Origin: an uncultured bacterium
Lineage (GTDB): Bacteria > Verrucomicrobiota > Verrucomicrobiia > Verrucomicrobiales > DEV007
NCBI GenBank assembly: GCA_963977015.1
Contig: CAXBMO010000009.1
Span: 96,001 to 160,000, forward strand
Length of the DNA stretch: 64,000 nt
Direction of reading: 5' to 3'
This document shows positions 9,826 through 19,683 of this stretch, one piece after another. Every line of letters begins with the position of its first letter. The stretch's first letter is position 1. The position numbers were made by a program, and so were the translations under genes. The notes below the pieces were generated by a model. That model made no database searches. It had not been told where the DNA came from and was given only the letters and a program-made list of their open reading frames with translations.

Positions 9826-10369
9826 CTTTGCCGGCGTTTCGGAACTCCATCTCGTAAGCGCCATTTCGCCCATCGGGCTGATCAAACCTCCAAGTCACCT
9901 CGGCATTCGCCGTTCCATCCAGCGATTCCCAGGTTTGGAAACCACCAAGCGTAGAACCTCCTTCCCCGTATTGGGGAGTCTCGTTGACCAACGTCCAATA
10001 CAGCCCCGCGCCGCCATAGGCATCGCGGAGTTTGATGAAATCGATCGGCGATTTTGGAAAGATCGAGTCTCCAATGCGGCCGGAAACGTGGACTTCATCG
10101 CACATCACGTCCGTCACCACTGCGGTTAAGATGCGATCCTGATCCCGAACCTGAAGGATCCGACGATGATTCGAAGCACTCTGGTCATCAGCAAGGCTCT
10201 TGAAGTTGTCGAGATAGGCCACGACATCCCCGGTCGGCTGACGAAAAAGCACCTTGGGTGCCTGATCGAATTCGCCGTAGCGTGTCGGTTCCGGCAGATC
10301 AGCCGTTTCTTCCTGGCACCCGACAAGAAACGCGGCACCGAGAGATAGAATCAGAATCGTGGTTTTCAC
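9800..10369 (-). CDS. Hypothetical lipoprotein
   Basis: MKTTILILSLGAAFLVGC lipobox; 26-bp convergent overlap with the pilin gene. Confidence 0.65.
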   Translation of the reverse strand: MKTTILILSLGAAFLVGCQEETADLPEPTRYGEFDQAPKVLFRQPTGDVVAYLDNFKSLADDQSASNHRRILQVRDQDRILTAVVTDVMCDEVHVSGRIGDSIFPKSPIDFIKLRDAYGGAGLYWTLVNETPQYGEGGSTLGGFQTWESLDGTANAEVTWRFDQPDGRNGAYEMEFRNAGKVSAPVAVR

Positions 10370-10412
10370 TCCCCTTGCATACCTCGGATCATGAGGCCGG
10401 AAAAGAAGGAAA

Positions 10413-11252
10413 TCATGGTGCCCCGAAAACCATCGTCCGCGTCAGCAGCATCATTTTCTGCCACCCGGAGAGGCGATAACGCTGATCCAGCACCTGAAAT
10501 CCGCTCCGGCGCATCTTTTGAAGCAGGGCGAAGTAGATGGAGCGCATGAGTTCGCTGGCTTTGAGACAGGACCGGTCCTGGGCCGATCGTGCGTTGCGCG
10601 CATTCTCGTACCGGAGTTCGGCGCGGTTAGCCTCGAACTCCATCAGAGCCAACAGCCCCTCCCGATTGGTGCCGTTCTTCAAATCCTCTTCCGTCACGTC
10701 AAACTGCGCCAAATCCTCCAATGGCAGGTAGATCCGGTCGTCTTCCCGCAAATCTTCCCCCACGTCTCGCAGAATGTTCGTCAGCTGAAGGGCGTGCCCC
10801 AGTTCCTCGGCGTAAACGTCGCTTTCCGGTGCTTCGCAGCCAAAAATGCGAATGCTGACCAAGCCCACCGCGCTCGCGACCCGGAAACAGTAGGTCTCCA
10901 GATCCAAATAGGTCTGGTATCGATGAATCTCCAGATCCATTTCCATGCCCCGGATGATTTCGCGGACCGTTTCGCGGTCGATTTCATACCGTTCAAAAAC
11001 CTCGACAATGGTGCGCTCCAACTCTGAATCCGGGGAAAGTTCGCCGGTGACGAGCTGATCCCAATGAGCCAGGTCGCGACGCTTTTCGTCTACCGGTCGA
11101 TTGGGCTCGTCCGCGATGTCATCAACGATTCGGCAAAACGCATAAAACACGTTCATGTCGAGTTGGCGCTGGCGAGGCAGGCAGGCAAGGGCGAACGCGA
11201 GGTTCGATTTCGCACTTTTGGTAATTTCTTGAGCACTGGAAGCCTCCGACAT
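10413..11252 (-). CDS. hpnD: Squalene/phytoene synthase family, presqualene diphosphate synthase-like
   Basis: YAFCRIVDDIAD, GMEMDL, YCFRVASAVG, ALQLTNILRDVGED, RIYLP. Confidence 0.8.
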   Translation of the reverse strand: MSEASSAQEITKSAKSNLAFALACLPRQRQLDMNVFYAFCRIVDDIADEPNRPVDEKRRDLAHWDQLVTGELSPDSELERTIVEVFERYEIDRETVREIIRGMEMDLEIHRYQTYLDLETYCFRVASAVGLVSIRIFGCEAPESDVYAEELGHALQLTNILRDVGEDLREDDRIYLPLEDLAQFDVTEEDLKNGTNREGLLALMEFEANRAELRYENARNARSAQDRSCLKASELMRSIYFALLQKMRRSGFQVLDQRYRLSGWQKMMLLTRTMVFGAP

Positions 11253-11279
11253 GAAGAAAAAGAGTTGTTATTATAAAAA

Positions 11280-11294
11280 TTATAATTATTATAC
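11280..11294. promoter_or_regulatory. Per/Fur-box-like palindrome (putative)
   Basis: TTATAAT-T-ATTATAC, 13/14 match to TTATAATnATTATAA, 28 bp upstream of the hpnD start. Confidence 0.45.
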
Positions 11295-11637
11295 CTAATA
11301 AGACTTCTAAGTTATCTTCACGATCTCAGCCGCTCGCAAAATCCCTGAGCTGGAGACCAATTGAAGAGCCAATTTAACGCACAAACAACTACACTTAACC
11401 GTTTTTACCTGACGGTTAATCTTCTGGAAACAATCGGTCTGGAAGCTTTCGGATTCAAATCCGGGAAACGAAAGCTTCCGGCCGATATTCTTTTGGGCCG
11501 GAAGAGGTGGGCGGAACTCCGCATTCTTCGCGAACATCCAGGAATCCCTGATTCCTAACATTGTTTAAATTTTCGGTTCTCTGAGCTTGAAATCGGCAAG
11601 GTTTTCTGAAAGAGTCAGCCCAGTTTTATAATTCTGA

Positions 11638-13848
11638 ATGGGCCGAACCAACCAGATCTTCATCAGTGCATCGCAGGCAGACGCCGATGCGGCGAAAGCC
11701 CTGCAACGCGGCCTTCGCGGGTTTCAAGTTCCCCGAATGCTGGAGGTCCCCCGGCCCTACCTGCATTTTAAGAGCTCTCGAAAGCTTTTTCGGCACGAGG
11801 AAGAGAATCCCCGGAAATCTGAGCTTCCCCTCCACATCCTCGATCAGATCCAAAAAAGTGGAACGATGATCGTGGTTTGCAGCCCTCACACTTCCGTCTC
11901 CCGCTGGATTCGGGCTGAGGTAGATGCGTTTTACACGGCTCATCCACGCGGCCGGATTATCCCGCTGGTCATGTCTGGCGAACCCGAACCCGAGGCGACG
12001 CTTCAGGCTTATGCGAAGCCCTGTCTTCCCGAGAATCTTAACCGGACCGATGCTGAATACTGGGTTGATGCTCGCGATTGCGATTGGGAATACGCGGCCC
12101 CTGCGGCTGCGATTTCCGCGTTGCTTGGCGTAAGAATCGAAGAACTGGTCCAGCATATCAGCCTTCGCGCCAAATCCATGGGGATTCAGCGAACGCTGGC
12201 AACCGTCGCGGCGGTTCTTGTCGCCCTCGTCGCCGCCATCTGGACATGGCGGCAGCCGGTTCACGAATGGTCTTTGGCAAATTTGCCCGGGTATGAAGAA
12301 AACCTTTCGCCTCTGGTGGAACCATGGCTCGAGGCGGAACCGCCGCCAGTTTCCGCGGAGGAAGTTACCGAAACCTCTGTAGAGACACCATCGCCCCCAC
12401 CCGGCCCGGTCTCCATTCCAGACGAGAACCTGACTCCAACCTCCGCAGCCTCGGCAAAAGCGGAGATGATCCCTGTTCCCGTGGAATCTGCCGACGCAGC
12501 CCAAGTCGCATTGAGAGCGTGGCTCGATCGCGCGGAGAACTATCTACCCGATCAACTTCGTGACGCTAATTTCTGGCTCGATACCTGCGAAGCCAAGCTT
12601 GGGCTGTTCGCGCCACAAGAACTCGGCCACGAACGCTATCGCTTCCATGCCCTTCGCGCGGCGATCGCGCAAAGCAGCGGCGACAAGGACGCGGCTGCGA
12701 AGCATCTGCTGACGGCGGTGGAACATTGGACCTCAATCCCGTTGGAGAACCCGGTTGGCCAGGAACGCGAGGCGTTTGAAATCCTGGCAACGGTTTCGCC
12801 CAACGAAGCCTGGCGGGAAAGCGCTTTGCGATTGGTCATCTGGATTTCCAAGCTCCGGGGCGACACCAATCGCGTGATGGTTCGCGCCGAAAACCTTATT
12901 GCGTTCGCGTCCCGGTTTCCCTTCCTCTACGAGCCCGTCGATGCCTGGCTTTCCGGCGCCAACTCAAGAGTCGAACCGGCTCCGGAACAACCGCTTGAGC
13001 TCGCCGGCCAACTGATCCTTCTGCGATCCCGCCTGGCTGAGCAGGCCGGGAAACTGACCGAAGCGCGGAAACAGCTTCAAGACGGTCGCATTCAATTGGC
13101 CAAAACGGAGAGCCCGACTCCCATCCTTCAGGCGCTCGTTGCCCAGATGGGGATTCGCCAGATTCAATTTCAGGAAAAACTGAATGCCTCCGCATTGGCT
13201 CAGGAACTGGACGCGGCACTTCCAGCCCTCCAAGCCGGCATGAGGGATGAAACCTGGACGGTCTGGTTTGGTCCCGATCTGGCCATCGCCTGGACCTTGC
13301 GCGGCGACCTTTACCTCGCGGAAGATGTGTTTGAGACGGCAGCCCAAGCCTACAGCTTTGCACTCGAATACATTCCTTCCGAATCGCGACTTGGCGAAGT
13401 GCTCCTGAAAATTGGCTGTGCCTATCGTTACTCGAACATGCATCAGGAAGCTTGGGAAGCGTTCTCGATGGCGCGAACCATGCTGAAGGAAGACAGCTCG
13501 GTCAGATTGCGAATCACGGCATTTCTCGGTTCGTCAATGGCGGCGCGCAACATCAAGACCACTACCGAAGCTCAAGGATTCCTCGACCAGGCCAATACAC
13601 TCATCGCTCAGAAGGTTCCTGATTTTCGCCCACCGAGCTTTTGGAGAGAACCGTTGGAGGTTGTCATGAATCTGCAGACCGAAACCGCCATTTCTTCGGA
13701 AGAACAAGCTGCTGAAATCGAGCGGTTGCGCGGCCGAATCCAGGTTTTGGAAAACATTGCCGGTCGCAAATCGGTCGAGCAACTCCGCGAACTGCAGGGA
13801 CTCTATCTCGCACTGGATCGTCTCTACCGCGAGAGCAAAGCCAAGTGA
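11638..13848 (+). CDS. TIR-domain protein with single TM helix, Pro-rich linker and TPR-like C-terminus
   Basis: IFISAS..D...A..L; MIVVCSPHTSVSRWIRAEVDAF...IIPL (TIR_2-like); TM LATVAAVLVALVAAIWTW; helical repeats such as AWTLRGDLYLAEDVFETAAQAYSFAL. Confidence 0.75.
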   Translation: MGRTNQIFISASQADADAAKALQRGLRGFQVPRMLEVPRPYLHFKSSRKLFRHEEENPRKSELPLHILDQIQKSGTMIVVCSPHTSVSRWIRAEVDAFYTAHPRGRIIPLVMSGEPEPEATLQAYAKPCLPENLNRTDAEYWVDARDCDWEYAAPAAAISALLGVRIEELVQHISLRAKSMGIQRTLATVAAVLVALVAAIWTWRQPVHEWSLANLPGYEENLSPLVEPWLEAEPPPVSAEEVTETSVETPSPPPGPVSIPDENLTPTSAASAKAEMIPVPVESADAAQVALRAWLDRAENYLPDQLRDANFWLDTCEAKLGLFAPQELGHERYRFHALRAAIAQSSGDKDAAAKHLLTAVEHWTSIPLENPVGQEREAFEILATVSPNEAWRESALRLVIWISKLRGDTNRVMVRAENLIAFASRFPFLYEPVDAWLSGANSRVEPAPEQPLELAGQLILLRSRLAEQAGKLTEARKQLQDGRIQLAKTESPTPILQALVAQMGIRQIQFQEKLNASALAQELDAALPALQAGMRDETWTVWFGPDLAIAWTLRGDLYLAEDVFETAAQAYSFALEYIPSESRLGEVLLKIGCAYRYSNMHQEAWEAFSMARTMLKEDSSVRLRITAFLGSSMAARNIKTTTEAQGFLDQANTLIAQKVPDFRPPSFWREPLEVVMNLQTETAISSEEQAAEIERLRGRIQVLENIAGRKSVEQLRELQGLYLALDRLYRESKAK

Positions 13849-13855
13849 TTCCAGG

Positions 13856-15409
13856 TTAAAGTTTCAGAACTCCAACCTTCAACGTGGCGGCGGCTTCCGC
13901 GCCGAGCAACACCACGATCGCGTCCTCACCGGTGGCTTCGCCCGTCCGAATCAGGTACACGTCTTCAACCTTGAGATTCTCGAGCTCGATGTTGCCTTCC
14001 AGTCCTTCTGGCCGCTCAAATTGCCGAAACGCTTCGTTCGCACTTTCGGTCACCTTTCCCAGCTCCTTGGCAAAATCAAAGCGAAGCGCCTTCGCCAGTT
14101 CGTTGCGCAATCCCGGTTTGAGCAACCAAACTGCGGATTTCTCCAGAATCCCCTGGGTTTCCAAGGTGAAGTCCAGATTCGAGAACGCCAATTGCTGGGT
14201 TTCCAGATCAATCATCGGCTTTCCCCGGAACAACAAAACGCCTTCAGTCTTCCGCCTCAACAAACCGCGTGTTGCTGAAAAGTCGGCGTGAACCAGCACT
14301 TCGTTGGAATCCAACACCTTGAGATCAATCTGCGACAGCCTCAGCGTATCGGAATCCCCCATTTCGATCTCGATGGTTTCCTGCTTGATGTGCTCGTTCG
14401 CAACGTTCAATGGAATGACGGCGGGAATCTGCAAATCGGAACGCGGACTAAGGTCCTCTTGAACCGTCAGATTGGAGAGCGGCTCGTAAAATGGCACCGG
14501 TGGCTCGGCCAAATGAGCGATCACCTCCACATCGATTCCAAAAACGGCCTGGATCTGTGTCTTGTCCGAGTAGTCGAGCGGACTCATCACAACGCCGGTC
14601 GGACGAATCGAAACCCAGAATGGCGGCTCTCGATCAATCTTCTCCACGCGATGCAGATCGCCCCAAATTTTCGTCAGACTGCGCTTCCAACCACTCTCTT
14701 TGTTCAACTCCGGCCCCAGCTTTGCCAGAATTTTGGCGATCTCCGGCTCAATCGCTTTCTCCAGCGAGCTGCTAATGTCGACGGAGGCGATGTTCGCCAG
14801 ATTCAGATTCGCACGTTCAATGTCGAGTCTGGCGACGATGTTCGGCTCCAACGTCCAATCCTCTTCCAACTCAGGCGCGAGATTGCCCGTTACCTTGGCA
14901 TCGAGGTCGACCGTCCCGCGAACAGGCGTATCACCAATGAAGGGGAGGCTCAGCACTCCCCCCGCACTGACCCGGCCACCCAACGGCGTTCCGACAAAGA
15001 GCTTTTTCCCGTCGCTCGCCATCGTGATGTTTCCCCGCTCGATGTCGAATTCAATCCAACCATCTTTCATCTGCCTGAGCAGGTTCTGATCCTGCTTGCC
15101 CTTGAATCGCGTCGGTGCCTCCTGGTTGAGGAGTTCCTGCAAAACGGAAACTGGAATGCTTGCCTCCAACGCCAGTCGCGAGGTTGAAGGCACCAATTCC
15201 GTGACGCTGCTGAGGGGCGCCCCCGTTGGCTCTGCCGGAGCAATAAACACGGTTCCCAACGTGCGATAACCAAACAACAAGGCAACGAGAAGCAGCAGAA
15301 TTCCACTGATCCAAATCAGGGCCCGAAAGCGTCCTCGCCTCGGTTCTTTGGTCCTCCAATTCACTGTCGGCAAGGGTGCGACGTTGCTACTCGTGTCATG
15401 TGCGCTCAT
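13856..15409 (-). CDS. DUF4403-like membrane-anchored protein
   Basis: N-terminal TM followed by long beta-rich tandem domains; family call from overall pattern only. Confidence 0.6.
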   Translation of the reverse strand: MSAHDTSSNVAPLPTVNWRTKEPRRGRFRALIWISGILLLLVALLFGYRTLGTVFIAPAEPTGAPLSSVTELVPSTSRLALEASIPVSVLQELLNQEAPTRFKGKQDQNLLRQMKDGWIEFDIERGNITMASDGKKLFVGTPLGGRVSAGGVLSLPFIGDTPVRGTVDLDAKVTGNLAPELEEDWTLEPNIVARLDIERANLNLANIASVDISSSLEKAIEPEIAKILAKLGPELNKESGWKRSLTKIWGDLHRVEKIDREPPFWVSIRPTGVVMSPLDYSDKTQIQAVFGIDVEVIAHLAEPPVPFYEPLSNLTVQEDLSPRSDLQIPAVIPLNVANEHIKQETIEIEMGDSDTLRLSQIDLKVLDSNEVLVHADFSATRGLLRRKTEGVLLFRGKPMIDLETQQLAFSNLDFTLETQGILEKSAVWLLKPGLRNELAKALRFDFAKELGKVTESANEAFRQFERPEGLEGNIELENLKVEDVYLIRTGEATGEDAIVVLLGAEAAATLKVGVLKL

Positions 15410-15447
15410 GAGGAACCCGTTTGACGGGGATTCCTCCAAAAATCATG

Positions 15448-16053
15448 TCACTTCTTTACCATCACGGCAACTTGATCCAGATACGCGGTTTCTCCGACAC
15501 AACGAAAGACGATTCCCGGCTTCGGAACGCCAAAACTCGGATCGCTCGCGGTCAGCTTGATTCCCTCCCCTACCGAAGCCAAAACTTCGTTTCCTTTCGC
15601 CTCCAACCGAACCTCGATCCAATCGGCTTTGGACAGGTCCACCTTGGATTCGGCCAGGATCTCGTTCTTTGAATTTGGGTCGGCCTTGTCGAGGTGTTTC
15701 ATGATCCTGGCACCCGCCGGGCTGATGATGAGCGAATAGAGATGGCCCTTCTTCTTCAACGTTCCGCGTTTGGGATCAAACCCGACATGGAACGCCGAGG
15801 CTCCATCCAATTTCAGCCGAACCTCGATGACTCCGTCCTGCATTGGAATTTTCCATCGACTCGCCGCCGCATGCTTGTCCGCGGCAACCTGGCGGCAAAC
15901 CAGATTGCCATCCGCAACCTCCCAAACGCCAAAATTCACGCCCCAGTTCGCCGGTCGAGCCTCATCAAAATGCTCCACCAATTTCTCGGTTTCCGCCCGG
16001 CAAACGGAAACCCCAGCGACCATACAGCAAAGGAAGAGTGAGATTTTTGACAT
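15448..16053 (-). CDS. Secreted beta-sandwich protein (DUF1080/ConA-like)
   Basis: Signal peptide MSKISLFLCCMVAGVSVCRA; G.WEVADG.L and W..VRLE..GNEV patterns. Confidence 0.6.
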   Translation of the reverse strand: MSKISLFLCCMVAGVSVCRAETEKLVEHFDEARPANWGVNFGVWEVADGNLVCRQVAADKHAAASRWKIPMQDGVIEVRLKLDGASAFHVGFDPKRGTLKKKGHLYSLIISPAGARIMKHLDKADPNSKNEILAESKVDLSKADWIEVRLEAKGNEVLASVGEGIKLTASDPSFGVPKPGIVFRCVGETAYLDQVAVMVKK

Positions 16054-16115
16054 AGATGACCAATCCCCAAGAACCCGGACTGGACAACCGGATTCAACGC
16101 TCCAACCTCTTGAGG

Positions 16116-17558
16116 ATGAAAACCCCTTCACCCTCATCCTCCCAACCTTCCCGCCGGAAATTTGCCAAGCTTTCGACGGCGGCAGCGGCAACAACGTTCG
16201 GTTTCCAAGTGGTTCCCAGCCGCGTTTTCGGCGCGAATGAGCGACCGGCGTTGGCTGGAATCGGGTCGGGCGGAAAGGGGAAGACGGACATCGAGCAATC
16301 CGCAAAGTCGGGCTTTGATGTCGTCGCTCTCGTCGATATTGTGGATGTGAAGCGGATTCAGGAGGCGGATCCGAATGCCAAGAAACTCAAATCCAGGCTT
16401 GGCTCGATGCGCTCAACCCGCGACAGCCATCCCGACGCGAAGTTCTACACCGACTATCGCGAAATGCTCGATGATTTGGGCGACAAGGTCGATGCGGTCA
16501 CCGTTTCCACGCCGGACCACCACCACTTTCACGCCGCCATGTTGGCCATGAAGGCCGGGAAACATGTGTATTGTCAAAAACCGTTGACCCACGGCATCTG
16601 GGAAGCGCGGATGCTGACCGAAGTCGCCGCCAAGATGGGTGTGCAGACGCAAATGGGGAACCAGGCGCACGCCAATAGCCACATGAGACGCGTGGTGGAA
16701 CTGGTCCGGGCCGGAATCATCGGCAAGGTGAAGGAAGTTCACGCCTGGACCAATCGGCCGATTTGGCCACAGGGTTTCCAGACCCCGCCGGCTGCGGAAG
16801 CGGTTCCAGCCGGAATCGATTGGGAACAGTGGATTGGTCCTGCGCCCTATGTGGATTACAGCTCCAGGATCGCGCCGTTTGCATGGCGGGGATGGTGGAA
16901 TTATGGAACCGGCGCCTTGGGCGATATGGCCTGTCATATCATGGACATGGCCTACTGGGCCTTGGAACTTGGCGCCCCGACCAGCATCGAGGCAATCGAG
17001 GAAGGAAACAGCCGTTTCTCAGCTCCCATCAATTCGACCGTGACCTACGACTTCGGGAAGAAGGGCGTGAAGTATACCTGGTACGATGGTCAAAAGGGCG
17101 CGAAATTTGATCGCGACAACTGGCGGTTGATCCCCGGGGAGTTCAACCGCCCGGGCGATGACATTCTGGAAGGAATGGACTACAAAAAATATGGAAGCGT
17201 CCTCATTGGCGAGGAAGGAAAACTGTTCTTCAACCGGTTCCACGACACCTGGATCGTCAAACCGAGCAAGGCGCTGGACGGCTTCAACAACTGGCCGGAG
17301 CCTTCCATTCCCCGAGCTCGCGGCGAAAACAACTACACGGAGTGGCTCGATGCGATTCACGGAAAGATCGAGCACGGGCAATCGTATTTTGGCCTTGCCG
17401 GACCATTCACGGAAGTTGTTCTGCTGGGCTGCGTTGCCCAGCGCAATCCCGGTCAAAAGCTGGAGTGGAATGCCGAGAAGATGGAGGTGAAGGGGCGCCC
17501 GGAATTGAGTTCCCTGATCCGGCGCAAGTACCGGCCCGGCTGGGAAATCGAGGTTTAG
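16116..17558 (+). CDS. Tat-exported Gfo/Idh/MocA oxidoreductase
   Basis: SRRKF Tat motif, GIGSGGKG, VSTPDHHH, HVYCQKPLTH, GALGDMACH. Confidence 0.92.
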   Translation: MKTPSPSSSQPSRRKFAKLSTAAAATTFGFQVVPSRVFGANERPALAGIGSGGKGKTDIEQSAKSGFDVVALVDIVDVKRIQEADPNAKKLKSRLGSMRSTRDSHPDAKFYTDYREMLDDLGDKVDAVTVSTPDHHHFHAAMLAMKAGKHVYCQKPLTHGIWEARMLTEVAAKMGVQTQMGNQAHANSHMRRVVELVRAGIIGKVKEVHAWTNRPIWPQGFQTPPAAEAVPAGIDWEQWIGPAPYVDYSSRIAPFAWRGWWNYGTGALGDMACHIMDMAYWALELGAPTSIEAIEEGNSRFSAPINSTVTYDFGKKGVKYTWYDGQKGAKFDRDNWRLIPGEFNRPGDDILEGMDYKKYGSVLIGEEGKLFFNRFHDTWIVKPSKALDGFNNWPEPSIPRARGENNYTEWLDAIHGKIEHGQSYFGLAGPFTEVVLLGCVAQRNPGQKLEWNAEKMEVKGRPELSSLIRRKYRPGWEIEV

Positions 17559-17595
17559 AGCAAGCCTCGATCAGAAACGGTTTCGGCGGAATCGA

Positions 17596-18249
17596 TTAAG
17601 GCTGGGAGACCGCCTCAACGATTTTCTGACTCCACTTGCGGAACGAGATTTCAGCCTGGCCCCATCGGCTCAGGCCGCCGCGAACCTTGTGCTTTCCGCC
17701 GCGCTCTTCGTCGATGATCGCATAAAGTCGTTCCTTGGAGGCGGAATCGAGAACCTCAACCTGGACGGTCGTGACTCCGGAACCGGGATTGTCGCCCGTC
17801 GCCGCCCAAAGCGCTGACGTTGCCACAAAAACTCCGGGAGCGTACCCAGCCAGAAACCAGGCAGGAGAATTCGGCTCCACATCAACCAACGCAGCCCGGA
17901 CTTCCAAAACTCCGGGTCCGCGTGAACGCGTGATTTCGAATTTTTGCCCAAACTCTTCCTTGAGAATGGACTCAAAGCTCACGGCCAGTTGGTTCAATTC
18001 CGCACGGCTCGTCTTGTTGTCATCCTCGACATCAACCAGCACCTCGACGTCGCTGACATGGACCTTGTCGTAGCCTTTCAGCTTCGAACGATCCCCCGCA
18101 TACACCAACGCACCGCCTTTGGAGGCTGCGGTGAATCCATCGTAAGAGGAAAGAAAGCTTCGCTGATCGGAATCAACGGTTTTGCAGCTGGTCAGGAACG
18201 CACCGCCAATGAGCAGCGCAACGAGGCGAAGAATGAGTGGGGAGGACAC
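17596..18249 (-). CDS. DUF3313-family lipoprotein
   Basis: Lipobox LTSC, SFLSSY, GPGVLEVRAALVDV, EVLDS.S.E.L...ID. Confidence 0.7.
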   Translation of the reverse strand: MSSPLILRLVALLIGGAFLTSCKTVDSDQRSFLSSYDGFTAASKGGALVYAGDRSKLKGYDKVHVSDVEVLVDVEDDNKTSRAELNQLAVSFESILKEEFGQKFEITRSRGPGVLEVRAALVDVEPNSPAWFLAGYAPGVFVATSALWAATGDNPGSGVTTVQVEVLDSASKERLYAIIDEERGGKHKVRGGLSRWGQAEISFRKWSQKIVEAVSQP

Positions 18250-18266
18250 TGCGGAATTCGACGCGA

Positions 18267-18689
18267 TTAATAATCAAACAATTCGCCGTCGTTGAAGAAG
18301 CGATTCAATTCGATTTGCGCATTCTCGGGAGAATCGGACGCGTGAACCACGTTCACCATCATGTCGACACCGAAGTCACCGCGAATCGTTCCCTTCTCAG
18401 CCTTGGTCGAGTCAGTTGGTCCCAACAGATCGCGAACGCGTTGCACCGCATTGTCGGCTTCGAGCGCAACGGCAATGACCGGCGATTTCTGCATGAAGCT
18501 GCGGACATCGGGGAAGAAAGGCTTGTCGGCAATGTGGGAGTAGTGCTCGGCAAGAATTTCATCAGTGAGCGCCAGCATCTTGGCACCGCGAATCTTAAAG
18601 CTTTCAGATTCAAAGCGTTTAAGGACTTCTCCGCAGTTGCCTTTTTCGATGCAGTCAGGCTTGAGCAAAATTAGGGTAGTTTCGGCCAT
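18267..18689 (-). CDS. ndk: Nucleoside-diphosphate kinase
   Basis: LKPDC, HY..I.DKPFF, GTIRGDFG, NVVHASDS. Confidence 0.98.
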   Translation of the reverse strand: MAETTLILLKPDCIEKGNCGEVLKRFESESFKIRGAKMLALTDEILAEHYSHIADKPFFPDVRSFMQKSPVIAVALEADNAVQRVRDLLGPTDSTKAEKGTIRGDFGVDMMVNVVHASDSPENAQIELNRFFNDGELFDY

Positions 18690-18756
18690 TTTTCTTGTGG
18701 TTGGATCGGTCGGCTATCTAAGCAAGAAACCACTCCTTGGAAAGGGGAAATTCGCT

Positions 18757-19638
18757 TCAAACCTGACCGAAGCGGGCCACGGCAACTCCTGAAACTCCAA
18801 CCTGGGCCGCAAAGACGGCTCCGCTCAGTGGAAATTGCTCCGTGTCGGCCCAACCACCATCCTGTGACCCCAGAGCGGTGGTGACGAAAAGCGTTTGCAG
18901 CCCTTCACCGCCGAACCAGCAGCTGGTGACCTTGGGGGCCGGAAGCTCCAAACGCGTCAAAACCTGGCCGGACTCCGGATCGTAGCGCGCGACGCAGGCA
19001 CCATTCCAATGCGCAACCCACAGTTTGTCTTCCGCATCAATCGTCATGCCGTCAGGATAGCCCCAGTCTTCAGGCACCTGATTCACGGTGCGCCGATTCG
19101 AGATTTCACCGTTCGCGTTGTCAAAATCAAAGGCATCGATCCGGCGGGTTGCACTGTCGATGAAATACAGCTGATCACCGGCCGCGTTCCAACCTAGGCC
19201 GTTCGAAATCGTGACGTCCCTGAGCATCGGACGAATCGAGAAATCGGGATCGATGCGATAAAGCGTTCCCGCATTCTCCTTTCCATCCCGATGCATCGTG
19301 CCAACCCAGAGCCGTCCCGCCGGATCGCATTTCCCATCGTTGAAACGCAACTCAGCCCCTTCCGGAAAATCGAGATGCGACGCAAACGTTCCTGAAACAA
19401 ACTCAAAACTCACGACTCCCGAATCCAGACACAGAAGGATGCGATTGGGATCATTCGTCAGAACCGCGGTTCCCGGCATTCCTTGAAGCTCAATTTCCTG
19501 CGTCCTGCCATCCTGTTGCCAGACCAGTTTCTTCTCGTTGATGTCAATCCAACTCAACCGTTGAACCCGCGCATCCCACATGATGCCTTCGCCAAGCGAA
19601 TAGGGCCCCTTGGCAACCACTTCAAAATCCTGATTCAT
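18757..19638 (-). CDS. SMP-30/gluconolactonase/LRE family protein
   Basis: LGEG..W, RFNDGKCDPAGRLWVGTM, SNGLGW, PDGMTIDAE. Confidence 0.93.
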   Translation of the reverse strand: MNQDFEVVAKGPYSLGEGIMWDARVQRLSWIDINEKKLVWQQDGRTQEIELQGMPGTAVLTNDPNRILLCLDSGVVSFEFVSGTFASHLDFPEGAELRFNDGKCDPAGRLWVGTMHRDGKENAGTLYRIDPDFSIRPMLRDVTISNGLGWNAAGDQLYFIDSATRRIDAFDFDNANGEISNRRTVNQVPEDWGYPDGMTIDAEDKLWVAHWNGACVARYDPESGQVLTRLELPAPKVTSCWFGGEGLQTLFVTTALGSQDGGWADTEQFPLSGAVFAAQVGVSGVAVARFGQV

Positions 19639-19683
19639 CCCGACATTCGAACGCGAATCGCGAGCAACATCCAGAGCAAAAAT

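Noticed and set aside
10413-11252. Hopanoid or carotenoid cluster
   Set aside because: The synthase is alone, with no hpnC, hpnE, shc or crtI nearby; the QW-repeat protein at 36 kb has no visible DxDD motif.
11463-11483. GGGAAACGAAAGCTTCCGGCC resembles part of a c-di-GMP-I riboswitch
   Set aside because: It lacks the GCAAA elements and the GNRA-capped stem in the required order; kept only as an unclassified structure.
15970-15980. ATGCTCCACCA, identical to the last 11 nt of tRNA-Ala (possible att site)
   Set aside because: It is inside a CDS, upstream rather than downstream of the tRNA, brackets housekeeping genes such as ndk, and no integrase is present.
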